64,000 nucleotides of DNA from an uncultured Gammaproteobacteria bacterium (GTDB lineage: Bacteria; Pseudomonadota; Gammaproteobacteria; UBA9214). Each line of letters begins with the position of its first letter. Positions within the stretch are counted from its first letter, which is position 1. The translations under genes were made by a program, and so were the position numbers. Location of the stretch: contig CAVVHS010000008.1 in the NCBI GenBank assembly GCA_963748215.1, forward strand, positions 192,001-256,000, in the 5' to 3' direction. The notes beneath the pieces were generated by a model. The model worked only from the letters and a program-made list of their open reading frames with translations. It searched no databases and had not been told where the DNA came from. Positions 1 through 13,067 of this stretch are shown here, piece after piece.

Positions 1-169
1 TCGAATGCCTGCAGAAACCCCGATTCGACGCCACTCATATCCGGACAGAGCTGCTTGAGAGCGTCCGCTTCAATGAAGAAGGTAATTTCGATCGTGCTGT
101 CATATCCCCAAAAGCAGACGCGGCTTCTGTCGGCATCAAAGCTGCGGCACGGGTTGGGAAAGCTCAGTC

Positions 170-1167
170 TCATCGCTGGACACCGTAAGCCTGGACCGGA
201 TCGCCGGCGCCACCCGGCGTCATCCCCTTCAGGAATTTGAACAGGTCACTGTCCGTGGACAGTACCAGGGTCGTGTTTTCGGCGATGATGGACTTGTAGG
301 ACTGCATGGTGCGCGTGAATTCATAGAACGCCACCGCTTCGGGGCTCTGGTTGTAGGCCCTCGCGTAGATTTCGGTGGCCTTCGCGTCCGCCACGCCGCG
401 GATCTCCTCGACCTGCCGGTAGGCCTCGGACTGGATCTTGTTCAGGTCACGCACCCGGTTGCCGCGGATTCTGGCGGCCTCGCCGTTGCCTTCCGACAGG
501 AAGCGTTCTGCGATCTGGCGCCGTTCGCTGATCATGCGATCGTAGATCTTCGGGCGCACGCTTTCGTTGTAGTTGATGCGTTTGAAGCGGATATCGAGCA
601 ACTCGATACCGAACACCCGCACCTTCTCGGCCGCCGCGGCGAAGATCTCCTGCTCGACCAGCTTGCGTCCCTTCTTGATCGGCACCAGCGATCCCATGTC
701 AGCCGTTCCGCGTCGGTCAGCAGGGCATCGCGCAGCGGCACGCGATCCTTGGTGGTGCGGATGATCTCGATCAGCTCGTGCTTGGCGACCGCGTTGCGGG
801 TCTCGCTGCCCAGGATGTCGTCCAGGCGGGACTGCGCGCTGCGTTCATCGCGCAGGCGCAGGAAGTACTGCAGCGGATCGGTAATCCGCCAGCGGGCGAA
901 CAGATCGACCGAGATGTAGAGCTTGTCCTTGGTCGGCATATCCGACGGATTGCCGTCCCACTCGAGCACCCGCTTGTCGATCGGATTGACCTCCTGGATG
1001 AAGGGCACCTTGAGCTTCAGGCCGGCGGTAGTCACCGGCTCGCCGACCGGCTTGCCGAACTGGGTGATGATCATTTGCTCGACTTCGCTCACCGTGTAGA
1101 TCGAACTCATCAGCGACATAGGTCACGATGCCCAGCGACCGCCAGTGATGACTATTTGTCTGTTCAT
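170..1167 (-). CDS. hflC: HflC-type SPFH protease modulator, split over frames by indels
   Basis: ORFs 532-1119 (IITQFGKPVG...LKVPFIQ...ARWRITDPLQY) and 170-697 (RMISERRQIAERFLSEGNGEA...FYEFTRTMQSY). Likely ATG at 1167 overlaps the hflK stop. Confidence 0.9.
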
Positions 1168-2230
1168 GGCTGCACTCGCCTTCTGGGCATCGAGATTGAG
1201 CAATGGCAGAATGCTGCGTGTCTGCTCATCGACAATGATCTTGGAGCGTATGCCCGGCATGACGTCCTGCAGGGTCTCGATATAGATGCGGCGGCGGGTG
1301 ACCTCCGGGGCCTTGCTGTATTCCGCCAGCAGGGCATTGAACCGGGCGACGTCGCCTTCCGCTTCATTGATCCGCTTGAGCCGGTAGCCGTCGGCCTCGC
1401 GGATGCGCTGATCCTTCTCGCCCTCGGCCAGCGGGATCACCTTGTTGTAATCGCGCCGCGCCTCGTTGATCAGCTTCTCCTTCTCCTGCTGCGCCTGGTT
1501 GACCTCGTTGAACGATTCCTGCACCGGCTGGGGCGGGTTGATGTTCTTCAACTGCACCTGGTCGATGCTGATCCCCATGGCGTACTTGGTGGAGAGCGCC
1601 TGCATCTTGGCCAGCGCCTCCGTTTCGATTTCCTGCCGGCCGATGGTGATCACCTCGTCCACGGTGCGATCGCCGACGACTTCGCGCATGACGGATTCGG
1701 ATACGTAGCGCAGGGTTTCACTCGGTTCGCGGACCTCGAACAGGAATTTGACGGGATCCGAGATGCGGTATTGCACCACCCATTCCACCAGCGCGGCGTT
1801 CAGGTCACCGGTCACCATCTCGGTTTCCCGCTTGCCGTCGCGCGGCCCCTGGTACGGATCACTGGCGCCCGGGGTCGTGAAGCCGAATTCCTGCTTCAGC
1901 TGCCGCTTGACGGGAACGATGGTCGCCACATCGATGCCCAGTGGCAGCTTGAAATGCAGTCCCGGCTGGAACGTCCTTGAGATACTTGCCGAACCGTTGC
2001 ACGACAGCGACCGAGTCGCTCGGCACGGTGTAATAGGCCGTCCATGCGCCCAGGGCAACCAGCGCGAGCAGGGCCAGGACGATCATGCCGCGCCCGCCGC
2101 CACCCGGCAGCATCTGCCCGAACTGCTCCTTCCCTTGCCGGATCAGGTCCCCGAGATCGGGGGGTGTGCCCCCGCTGCCCCCGCTACCCCAGGGGCCACC
2201 CTGACCGCCGTTACCGTGTTGTGATGGCAT
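1164..2230 (-). CDS. hflK: HflK-type SPFH protease modulator, frameshifted
   Basis: N-terminal GPWGSGGSGGTPPDLGDL plus a TM helix (1859-2230), then an SPFH body (MVTGDLNAALVEWVVQY, AEGDVARF, PEVTRRRIYIET) in 1123-2058. Confidence 0.9.
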
Positions 2231-2392
2231 CGGTATTCCTTATGTCGTGTACGATAAAAGTCAAGCCCGGAGGAACGATCATACCTTCATTCTCGCCCCG
2301 TTCCCTGGCTTGACGGTCGATATCCTCCTGTACGCCCCGGGTCCGCTCGCCGGTGGCGGCCCTGTCCCGTGCTGGCTGTATCGCGATGCTGT

Positions 2393-2764
2393 TCAGTAGC
2401 TGGTACCAAACGAACTGTCGGTGGCGTTTGCAGGCGTGCGCAGGTTGGCAAGGCGGCTGCCCTGGGTAACCGGGCCGCCGGCAAACAGGCTATAGAGATA
2501 CCTGTTCCCGCCCTGTGCGGCAAATTGTTTGTTAAGGGCCCGGGCCGTTGTCCTGGCAAATCTCGGCAGGCCGTGTTCGAGATACTGCTTGCGCAGGTAA
2601 GCAATCACGTCCCAGTGTTCGTCGGACAGGCTGATACCTTCGTGCATTGCCAGCTTCGCGGATTTGTTCCGGTTCCAGCCCTGGTCGATGAGTTCCGCCA
2701 GTCGAATGCCGGCGTACTGACTGGATGTTTCGGAGTCCTGAGCGTTGTTTGTAAATTGTGTCAT
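2393..2764 (-). CDS. TusE/DsrC/DsvC-family protein lacking the C-terminal cysteines
   Basis: EGISLSDEHWDVIAYLRKQY and YLYSLFAGGPVTQGSRLANL match the DsrC fold. The protein has no Cys. Confidence 0.8.
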   Translation of the reverse strand: MTQFTNNAQDSETSSQYAGIRLAELIDQGWNRNKSAKLAMHEGISLSDEHWDVIAYLRKQYLEHGLPRFARTTARALNKQFAAQGGNRYLYSLFAGGPVTQGSRLANLRTPANATDSSFGTSY

Positions 2765-3162
2765 GGGCTTTTCCTGGATAAATGAAGACTATTGCACACT
2801 GTGCTGGTCCTTGCCATCAGCAAGTCGTGCATGGCGACGGTGGCAAATCGAAGGCCGCGCGAAGCGGGAATGACGGGCAACAATGACGGTTTGGCCAATG
2901 TTGTGCGGCAGGGAGACTTGCAGGGTTACAGACCTGTTTCTCCATATAGCATCCTCCCTTTATGCCGCCAAAGCAAATCAATTGAACTGATATGGCTGGA
3001 TATCACTAACTATGAATCATGCTGGAAATCACAGGAAGCAGCATTTGTCGCGGGATACCGGTGGAATATCGCGCACAAAGTTTCTTTATCGAATCTTCCC
3101 CTGATTGAGTGGGTAACACATCAATTTAGACGAGACGCATTCCATCTAATGGCAAGGTTGCT

Positions 3163-3429
3163 GGTCGAATGAATTCGGCCCTGCTGTAGGGTCGAATTCA
3201 TTCGACCAGCGGTGTTTCTGTAGGGTCGAATTCATTCGACCATTCGCGAACCAGCTGGCGTGCTGCGGTGATATCCGTAAATAAAGATGACGACCGCGGG
3301 TAACCGTGGTGATGCAATAGACTTGATGGTACAGGGAATGACGCGCCCTGCGCAATGCGTCACAGGACAGGCTGACCTCCTGGTCTCCAATGGCAATAAC
3401 GGCTGTTGGTCGAATGAATTCGACCCTAC
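3163..3429. repeat. Cluster of four GTAG-type REP elements (GTAGGGTCGAATTCATTCGACC)
   Basis: Copies at 3163-3184 (inverted), 3186-3207, 3220-3241 and 3408-3429 (inverted). Each is a GTAG/GCAG foot plus an imperfect palindrome. Confidence 0.85.
3242..3375 (-). pseudogene. 5' remnant of a REP-associated tyrosine transposase (RAYT)
   Basis: Translation LRRARHSLYHQVYCITTVTRGRHLY resembles RAYT N-termini (LRxGRxS..xYxxTTVT..R). It lies between REP copies and is truncated at a REP. Confidence 0.6.
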
Positions 3430-3541
3430 AACGGTTATCTACCCACTCGGTTTGAGGAAGAGCCTCTTTTTCAAGGTTCGGCAGACTGTTTTGTCGCAGC
3501 ACCAGATGATAGCCGGGATTCGGTGGCGATCGGGAATACCT

Positions 3542-6500
3542 TCAACTCAATTCCACCTCGACGTAGTGATCCCGGCGATCGTCCACCAGGGGGATGAGGC
3601 CGTACGGCCGCCCTGCACCGTCCACGGCAACTCCCTCTATTACTGCGCCGTCCAGCGTCACGCGGCTCACCTGCTCCGGTGTTTCTCCAACACGCCTGAC
3701 GGTGATCGTGGTAGACCGTCTCGCGATAGCGGTAGTGGATTTTGTACGACTCCCAGTGGGCCGGTATACAGGGTGCAATGCGCAGATGGTCGACTTCCAG
3801 TTGCAGGCCCAGCAGCGTTTCCACGAGTCAGCCGGTACATCCAGCCCGCCGCCCCGGTGTACCAGGTCCAGCCACCCCGGCCCGTGTGCGGCGGCGCAGC
3901 GTAGATATCCGCGCACATGACATACGGCTCGACCTTGTAGCGTTCGATGGCGTCCGGCTGACTGCCGTGATTGACAGGATTGAGCATGGCGAACAGTTCC
4001 CACGCCCGCTCCCTGTCACCCAGCATGGCAAACGCCATCGTGGTCCAGATCGCGGCATGGGTATACTGGCCACCGTTCTCGCGGACACCGGGCACGTAGC
4101 CCTTGATATAACCGGGCTCAAGGTCGGATGTATCGAAGGGCGGTGTGAGCAGCTGGATCAGCTGCGCATCGCGCCGCACCAGGCGTTCGTCGACCGCCGC
4201 CATCGCCTGGCGGGCCCGCACGGGATCGCCGCCGCCCGAAATGACCGCCCAGCTCTGGCTGATCGAATCGATCTGGCATTCGTCATTGTCGGAGGAACCC
4301 AGGGGCGTACCATCATCGAACCAGGCCCGTCGATACCAGCCGCCGTCCCAGGCATGGGCCTCGATGTTGCTGCGCAGCAGTGCAGCCTGCCCGGTGCAGA
4401 ATTCGGCAAATGCCGCGTCATCACGGTCGCGCGCCAGGCCTGCAAACAGCTGCAGATTCTCGTACAGGAACCACGCCAGCCAGACGCTCTCGCCCTTGCC
4501 GTCACGACCGACGAGATTCATGCCGTCGTTCCAGTCGCCGCAGCCCATCAGCGGTAATTGATGTTCGCCGAAGCGTAAACCATGTTTGATTGCACGCACG
4601 CAATGTTCATAGAGGCTCGCCGCCTCCGCCGAACGCTGCGGCTGGTCATAGTACGCCTCCTCTTCCGGATTCAGCTCGCGGCCCTCCAGGAAATGTACCG
4701 ACTCGTCGAGTACGCCCGTATCGCCGGTCGCCAGCACATAACGACAGGTTGCATACGCCAGCCACAGGTAGTCATCGGAGAAATGGGTGCGCACGCCTTG
4801 CCCATTGGGCGGATGCCACCAGTGTTGCACGTCACCCTGCAGGAACTGGCGCCCGGCGCAACGGAGCAACTGCTCGCGGGCGAGCCAGGGTGTCGCATGG
4901 ATCAGTGCCATGGTGTCCTGCAACTGATCGCGGAAACCGTAGGCGCCGCCGGACTGATAGTAGCCACTGCGTCCCCAGAGCCTGCAGGACAGTGTCTGGT
5001 AGACCAGCCAGCCGTTGGCCAGATACGTCCAGCGCCGGATCCGGCGTTTCCACGTGCACAGCACCCAGGGTGTGGTTCCAGTGTCCCCACACCGTCTTCC
5101 AGTGCCTGGCGTGCGCCGGCCGGTCCGCCGAATTGCTGGATGAAATGCTGCGCTTCGTCGGTGTTGCGGGCCGCGCCGAATATGAACACGATCTCGCGCT
5201 CCTGTCCTTCGGCCAGTTCGATCCGGGTCTGGATCGCGGCGCACGGATCGAGGCCCGCACCCGTCCTGCCTGACAAGCGCTCGCGGCGCATCGCCGCCGG
5301 GCTGGCCAGCGAGCCGTTGCGACCAATGAACTCGGTCCGGTTTCCGGTCACGGTACGTTCCCGTTCGCTGACCTGGGCAAAAACGACCCGATTGGCGCAT
5401 TCGCGGCCGTAGGCATTGCGCGCAAACAGCGCCCCGCTGTGCGGATCCGTTTCGGTAACAATGTGCATCAGATTGGCATGCCGCCACTCACCCAGCACCA
5501 GTTCCCAATACCCGGTCAGCGACAGGCGACGCGGGCGGCCGCGAATGGTTGCGCAGCTTCAGCACCACGAACTTCACCGGTGCGTCCATGGCGACGTAGG
5601 TGAACAGTTCCGAGGAAATACCGGCTTCGTAATGTTCGAACACGCTGTAGCCGAACCCGTGCCGGCACACATAGCCGGACTCGACCGCAGGCGGGCAACG
5701 GCGTCGGCGACCAGAATGCCCCCGTTTCCTCGTCGCGGATGTACAGCGCCTCACCGCTGCTGTCGCCAAGCGGGTCGTTGTGCCAGGTGGTCAGCCGGAA
5801 CTCGTGCGCGTTTTCCACCCAGGTATAGGCGCTCCCGCTCTCGCTGACGACCGTGCCAATGTGCGGGCTGGCGATGACATTGACCCACGGCGCCGGCGTG
5901 CTCTGCCCGGGCTCGAGGGTGACGACGTATTCACGTCCATCAGGTGTGAAACCGCCCAGGCCGTTGCAGAAAATGCGTTCGCGCTCCGCCAACGGGTGGA
6001 TCGTTTCATCTGCCGGTTGCTGCACCGGTTCCAGACGGATTGGCAGGCGCTCTGCCGGCACGCGACGCATCACCTGCTCCGCCAGCGTCTCGGCGCTATC
6101 GGTGAGCACGACACGGGCGACCGTCTGGAACAGGACCCGGTCCTCCTCGGACAGTTCTTCGGCGCGCCGCACGAAGACACCGCCCGGTCTGTCGATAACC
6201 TGCGCTTCGGGACCCGTGTTGATCAGCCCCATGATCAGGTCCTGCAGCACCGCCCGGTAACCCGAAAAATCCTCGTTCACGATCACCAGGTCGGCAGTCA
6301 ACCCCTTCATCCGCCAGTAGGCATGGGCCTGCAGCACCTGTTTCACCAGGTCGATGCGGTTCAGGTCACCGATGCGTACCAGGACGATCGGCAGATCGCC
6401 CGAGACGGCAAAGCGCCACAGCCCGGACTGACCAAGCTGGTTGCGGGCAATGACGCTGGGCGCGGCGCGGCGCAAGGCATTGCCGTAAATGACCGAACTG

Positions 6501-9500
6501 GCCAGGCGGCCATAGACCTGCGCATCGGCTTCGGTTGCGTTGAGATGGCGCAGCACTTCCTGGCTCTGGAACCATGCCATTTCAAAGGCACGTTCAACGA
6601 AGTGCCGGTCACAATACTTCTCAAGTAAAGCCAATGCGGCCTCGCGCGTGTCCGCGACACCGGAGATGATCTGTACGGTCGCCGATTCGTCAGGTGACAA
6701 GGTGATGGTGCGGCGAATCGCCACGATGGGATCGAGCACCGAACCTTCCGTGTTCGACAACACCGACGGGCTGGAACGGCTGTCCAGCACCACCGGGTTG
6801 GCCACAGTTCGACTCCGTCCGATGAATTTGGCGCGATCGGTTTCGTAAGACGGTTCGTCGGCAACCGTGCCGGGTGCTGCCAACAGGTGAAACATCCACG
6901 GCACCTGCTCCCCCGGTGTGCGGCGACGCCGGGTACAGAGGATCGCCTGCCGGTCGGGCAGTATTTCGGTTTGCACGAACAGGTTGCTGAATGAGCGATG
7001 GGCCAGATCGGCATTCAGCGGCGCCAGCACGACCTCCGCGTAACTTGTTACCTCGATATGACGGGTACGCGACGACTGGTTGGTGAGCGTGACGCGGCGA
7101 ATCTCGACGTCGTCTTCGGGTGAAACGCTGATCTCGGTGTGCGTTTCGATCGCCTGATCGCGCCGCCGGTATTCAGCGCGCGCCTGCACGAAGATCGCCT
7201 CGTAGTGGTCGGCCTTGCGCAGTGTCGGCTGATACGCGGTTGACCAGTAACGCCCCGTGTCGCTGTCGCGCAGGTAGATAAATGTGCCCCAGCAATCACA
7301 CGTGGCATCCTCGCGCCAACGGGTGACAGCCAGGTCGCGCCAGCGGCTGTAACCGCCACCCGCATGGGTCGCCATGACGTGATACCGGCCGTTGGACAAC
7401 AGGTGTACTTCAGGTATCGGCGTGTTCGGGTCGGTAAACACGCGCATGATCGCACCTGCCTCGGCAGTGGGAGAGCGCGCGGCGGCACTTACTTCTGCCG
7501 CGTGCGGATGCAAGGTAGCGCCCTGCTTCGGCACCCGCTCCTGCAGCAACAATTCCGTCGCCTGCGCGAGGGGGTCAGACATGAATCGGCGCTGCATCGG
7601 CCGGTTGAGCAATACATGCTCAAAGGCCAACAGGCTCATGCCTTGATGATGCGCCATGAAAGTACGCACGATGGCGTGATGCTTGCCCCGCGGCACACGC
7701 GATGGCGTGTAATCGATCGCCTCGTAGAACCCATAGTCGCCGAGGAAACCATTCGCAGCCAGCGTCTGCAGGTTGCGACACGCTTCCAGCGGCATCACCG
7801 TCAGCGCCAGTGCACTGGCGTAAGGCGCGATGACCAGGTCGTCTCCCAGCCCGCGCTTGAGACCCAGCCCGGGCACGCCGAATGCCCGATATTGATAGAC
7901 CTGGTGCATATCGGTGGCGTTATAGCAGGACTCGGAAATACCCCAGGGCACAGCACGTTGCCGGCCGTATTCGATCTGGCGCGACACTGCGGCCTTGCAG
8001 GTCTGCTCCAGCAAGGTGTTCTCGTAACTCGGCATGATCAGCCGCGGCATGAGGTACTCGAACATCGAACCGCTCCACGAAATCAGGCTCACGTCACCGC
8101 CATGACTGGTCAGCAGGCGACCGAGTGCGAACCAGTGCTTCTGCGGCACCTGTCCCTGCGCGATGAGCAGGAAACTGGCCAGGCGCGCCTCGGATGCCAG
8201 CAGGTCATAGCAGGACGGATCGCGGCGCCGTTCGCCCACGTCGTAACCTATGGTCAGCAGACCGCGCGATGTATCATAGAGAAATTCAAAATCCATCACC
8301 GCCAGTTCGCGGCAGCGATCCACCAGATCGTCGATGATTCTGATCCACTCCACCGCGCCTTTATAACGGGGCACTGCCGCCGCGTCTGCGCCGGCTGACG
8401 ACGGCGATTCAGTGCCAACAGTGCGTGCTCTGGCCAATTCCGCCAGGGTCGGGATGTTGCTGAAGTTTCGTGGCTCCGGCACCAGGAATCCAAGGTCATC
8501 GCGCAGTGCACGGGATTGCCGGTCGAATGCCTGCGCCCAGTAATACAGTTCACCATCGATATCAATATCCGCTGGCAGCCATGCAACCAGTCCCCCGCCG
8601 GTACGGTGAATCTCATCCAGCACGCTATCGGCGGCAGCCAGTGTCCGCGGCTGCCCGTTCAGCGTAAGCTTATGCAGTGTGTCCTGCAGAAACCGTACTT
8701 TTTTTGCAAGATCCGGGACCGGTGACGCGGGCAGGTGTTCGGCAAGCACCTGCAAGGTATCCTGCAGCCCCTGAAACGCGTTTGCTGACAGCACCGGCTG
8801 ATCTTTCAACTCGACCAGTCCCGCTTGCAGGGTGAGCAGGCTGCCCGCCAGGTTGCCGCTGTCCACCGAAGAGACGTATTGCGGGCGCAGCGGTTGCAGC
8901 GTGCGCGTGTCGTACCAGTTGTAAAAATGGCCACGGTAGCGTTCCAGCTTTTCCATCGTCGCCAGTGTGTTCCCGGTACGCCGCAGGAATTCTCCGGCAG
9001 CAAATGTAACCGAAATCGTACGCTGCCAGATTCGCCAGCAGCGCCATGCCAATATTCGTAGGCGAGGTACGCGAGGCGATGACCGGCGCCGGATATTCCT
9101 GGAAGTTATCGGGCGGCAGCCAGTTGTCCTCCGGACCGACGAAGTCCGCGAAGAAGCGCCAGGTGCGCCGGGCCGATGCCCGCAGGAATGCCCGTTGCTC
9201 AACGCTCAGGTCCGGTGCGGGGGACAAAAGCGGCTTGCTGATCCACCAGCCGACGACGGGCGACACCAGCCAGAGCAACAGGATGGGTGCCCAGACGAAC
9301 CACTCTGTCGAGCGGGTATGCCACAGTGCAAAGGCCAGCACCACCGCCAGAACAGGCGCGATCCACATCTCCCTGAAAAAATCGGCCAGCGTACGGCGCG
9401 CGTTGCGACTTGCATAGGAGCGGCAGTATGCCAGAGCAACAATCCGCGTCGCGTGAACAGCATCCGCACACCCGAGCGCAGGATCGCATCCAGGCAAATC

Positions 9501-12294
9501 AGCGCGTCGTAGGGCAACAGGACCAGAGTCAGCAATGCAAGCATGATCGGGCGGCCCGCGGATTTGCCTGTCAGGATCAGGTGCACCAGCCAGTCACGTT
9601 CTTCCGGCTTGCGGATGAGCTCGATCACGGCTCCCAGCAAAGTGGGCAGGAACACCACAGCCGCGACCAGCAGCGTCCAGAACCACGCCGGCCCCGGACC
9701 AAACAGCCAGCCACCTGCCAGCAAGGCAAGCAGCGACGGTGGCACCAGGCTGCGCCGAAGATTGTCGAAAATTTTCCATACCGACAAGGCCGATGAGCGG
9801 GTTCGGTTGCCGCTTGGCCTGCGATCCATTTGATCCTGACGATCCGGGCGGCCCGGGCACGCGCGGCAGCAGCCAGCCGGCAAGCTGCCAGTCGCCGCGT
9901 ATCCAGCGGTGTCGCCGGCTGGCCTCGATGGCGTAACTGGCCGGATGCTCTTCAATGAGGTCGACATCGGTCACCAGTGCCGAACGCGCATAGCCGCTTT
10001 CCAGCAGGTCGTGACTGAGAATGAGATTCTCCGGAAAGCGTCCATCGACGGCCTGACGAAACGCGTCCACATCGTAGATGCCCTTGCCGATAAACGACCC
10101 CTCGCCGAAAATATCCTGGTAGACATCCGAAACCTCGCGCGTGTAGGGATCGATGCCTGATTCGCCCGCGAACAGTTTCGTAAAGCGTGACTGGCCTGCA
10201 CTGGTCAGGCTGATCGAAGCGCGTGGCTGCAGAATCGCATAGCCTTCGACAATGCGTCCCTTGTCTGGCATCGTACACCGGCCGATTGAGCGGATGGGCG
10301 ATGTTACCTATCAGTGTGCGTGCCGCATCGCGGGGCAGTTGCGTGTCGGTATCCAGGGTGATGACGTACTTGATCGAAGCGAGGATGGAGGTATCACCGA
10401 CAATATCCGAGAATGCCGTTTGCTCCCCGCCCCGCAGCAAGGCATTGAACTGCTCCAGTTTGCCGCGCTTGCGCTCATAGCCCATCCACACCCGCTCAAC
10501 CGGATTCCACACTCGGGGTCGGTGAAACAGATAGAAGATGCACGGGCGGTCCTCGCGGTAGGTCTCGTTGAGCGCCTCGACGGCTGCGCGCGCGTGGGCG
10601 AGCAACGCGTCATCGTCTGGCAGCGTGCGCTCGGGTGCATCACGGAAATCCGTCAGCAGGGCAAAGAACAGATTCGGATCGCGATTACCGAGATAGCGGA
10701 TCTCCAGGGCTTCGAGCAAGATCATCGATCTCCTGCGGCCTGCCCAGCAAGGTGGGGACAATCACCATCGTGCGGTGAGCGGCTGGAATGCCTTCGCGAA
10801 AAATCCAGTCGGGGTAAGGCCCGGGGCGGCAAGACGAGCGTGACCAACAGGTTCACCAGTGGCACGGCCAGCGCCGAGACGCCGATGAAGCCGGTGATCG
10901 CAAAAAACCAGTACCGCCAGTCACCCGGGCTCGAACCCGCCGAAAGAGAGCAGCACGACCGCTGTCAAAAGCAGCGTGAGCAGCAGGATGGGGCCGAGAT
11001 AAAGGAACAGGCGGAAATGCCGGCTCGCCCGACTGGCTCGTCTGGTCCACGACAAACGGCAGCCGACCGCACGCTCCAGACTCTGCCGTCCGCGATCGAT
11101 CAGGTAGTAGCCGACATGCGCGCTGCGGTCATTGCTACCCAATCGCTCTGCCGCCGTCTGCGCGAGAACAATGGCTTCGCGTGCCACCACTGACTCACTG
11201 CACGAACTGTGCGCACAACCCCGGGCCACGTCTTCGATGACATGCCGGTACCGGTCGCGGGTGGCGAAATCCTGGCTGGCGTGCATCCCCGTCGGGTCTT
11301 CACGCAATGTCTGTTCGACGACACTGAGCGACTCGACGAAATCCTTCCAGTCCATTGCACCGATGAAACGCAGACTGCCGATACTGTTGGCGATGGAGAT
11401 CTGGTTGGTTGCGGCCGTGCGGCCGGCCACCGCCGACAACTGTGTTGCGGTCACCCCTTGTTCGATGAGTTTTTGCTCGAGCCAGGTCTGAACGAAGGCC
11501 ATGGCGGGCCCCTGGGCCTGGAGCCTGGCGTAAAACTCCTCCACAAACGGCGCGGTCAGCGGCACATCGGCATTGGCAAACTCGGCAAGCAACTGGATTA
11601 GCTGTTTCGGTTCCTTTTCGGCCGTCGCGAGCATGCGGTCTGCCCAGGTGATGGCCGCATCGCGCTCCTCGCGCCGACGGGCGATACGCAAGCCAACGCG
11701 GCGCAGGTTTTCCAGCAGCGCCAACTGCAGCATGATCGGGAATGCCCACAATTCGCCCAGCTTTAACGGTTCAGCACTCTGATAGGCGGCGACGAACTGG
11801 GTGGCATTGTCACTGTCGACACGACCATCCATGTGTGAGATCAACTCCAGCGCCAGATCATAGATACGGGGGAAACCGGCTGACAGGCCATCAGCCAGTC
11901 GCGGCAACTGCCGGCTGTAGCCGCGCGGCAGATGCCGACGTGCCAGACCGATCTGCTGCTCGATGAGATAGAAATTGTCGAGCAACCAGGCCTCTGCCGG
12001 CGCGATCCGTTGTCCCGGCCTGGCTGCGGCTGTCACCAGGTCATACGCCGCCAGCAGAACGCGCGCATTGTCCGCCAGTCGTGGCAGCAACCGGTCCGGC
12101 CCCGGACGCGGATCGATGCTATGCTGGCCAGCCAGCGTTACCGCGTGACGCTTCAGTTGCTCGATGCTGAACAACTCCGAGCGCAGTAACTCAGTATCCT
12201 GCTCGTTCCGCAGCGCATTGCGTGTGCGTGACGAAACACCGAAGCCTTTGATGACTATGCCATTCTCCTTGCTTGAAACCGGGGTGACCGGCAC
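3542..12294 (-). CDS. ndvB: Cyclic beta-1,2-glucan synthase (Cgs/NdvB/ChvB type; GT84, glucoamylase-like and GH94 phosphorylase domains), several frameshifts
   Basis: Consecutive fragments: [113 protein letters not shown]. About 2900 codons in total. Confidence 0.9.
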
Positions 12295-12339
12295 AACACC
12301 GGTCTTGTGTACTGCGTTTGCCTATAACTCATACTACGC

Positions 12340-12925
12340 GTCAGTAGCGAGCCGAGAATGGATGTTCCCATAGCCGGATAAACCGCTCAACAGCGCGATA
12401 CCTGCCACCGCGGAAACGACTGATGCCAGGAAATACCCGATTTGGCGCTGTCGACCGGATTCCGGCTGAAATCCGGGTTGGTAATGAACAGTGCCATCGT
12501 GAAACCGATACCGAAAAGCACCATCCAGGGTCCGGGAATGTCCAGCGCGACATGGAAGAAAAACACGGTCATCAAGCGGTCGTTGTTGCACTCTCTCAAC
12601 GAACTGACGAACTCAAATGCCACGAGTTAAAGGGTCGAACGATATCTCCTGGAGATTCTCATAAAGATGAGTCCACGGGGAATTTGACAGCCCGAGGGCT
12701 GCGATAGTGAACATCAGGAGTATGGCCCCGCCGGTGGTCTCTAAGGAACCTCTGATTAATTCGCCATGCCGGCGCAAGCCGGCATCCAGGCTATTGAAAA
12801 CACTGCATCCCGGCATGCGCCGGGATGACGATGAGTGAATTAATCAGAGGTTCCCTAACTTGAAAAACCGGGAAAACAGTTTTGTCAGCCGGTCATAAAC
12901 TCCTTTGGCAGTCGGATGATCTCAA
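12340..12925 (-). pseudogene. nhaA: Na+/H+ antiporter NhaA pseudogene (internal deletion, frameshifts, MITE insertion)
   Basis: Fragments RLPKEF..FSRFFKL|ETTGGAILLMFTIAALGLSNSPW, SLRE..LMTVFFF, GIGFTMALFI and LASVVSAVAG are NhaA motifs. The middle of the gene is missing. Confidence 0.75.
12745..12854. mobile_element. 110 bp MITE with 18 bp perfect terminal inverted repeats and a CTAA target duplication (IS5-like ends)
   Basis: GGAACCTCTGATTAATTC ... GAATTAATCAGAGGTTCC, flanked by CTAA at 12741-12744 and 12855-12858, with internal GC hairpins. Confidence 0.85.
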
Positions 12926-13067
12926 TAAACGCCTGGATAGAGATAATACAGGCCACCGTACGCCCGCCATCACAGCGTCAGGCCAACATATGCTGAATGC
13001 CTGGCCGTGCCCGCTAAGCCGATGTGGTGTTACTGATCAGGCTGGAGTGCAGTCTTTCAGATCGGAT

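Noticed and set aside
3160-3430. Repeat cluster as a CRISPR array
   Set aside because: The copies are in mixed orientation with irregular spacing, carry GTAG feet and have no cas genes nearby. They fit REPs.
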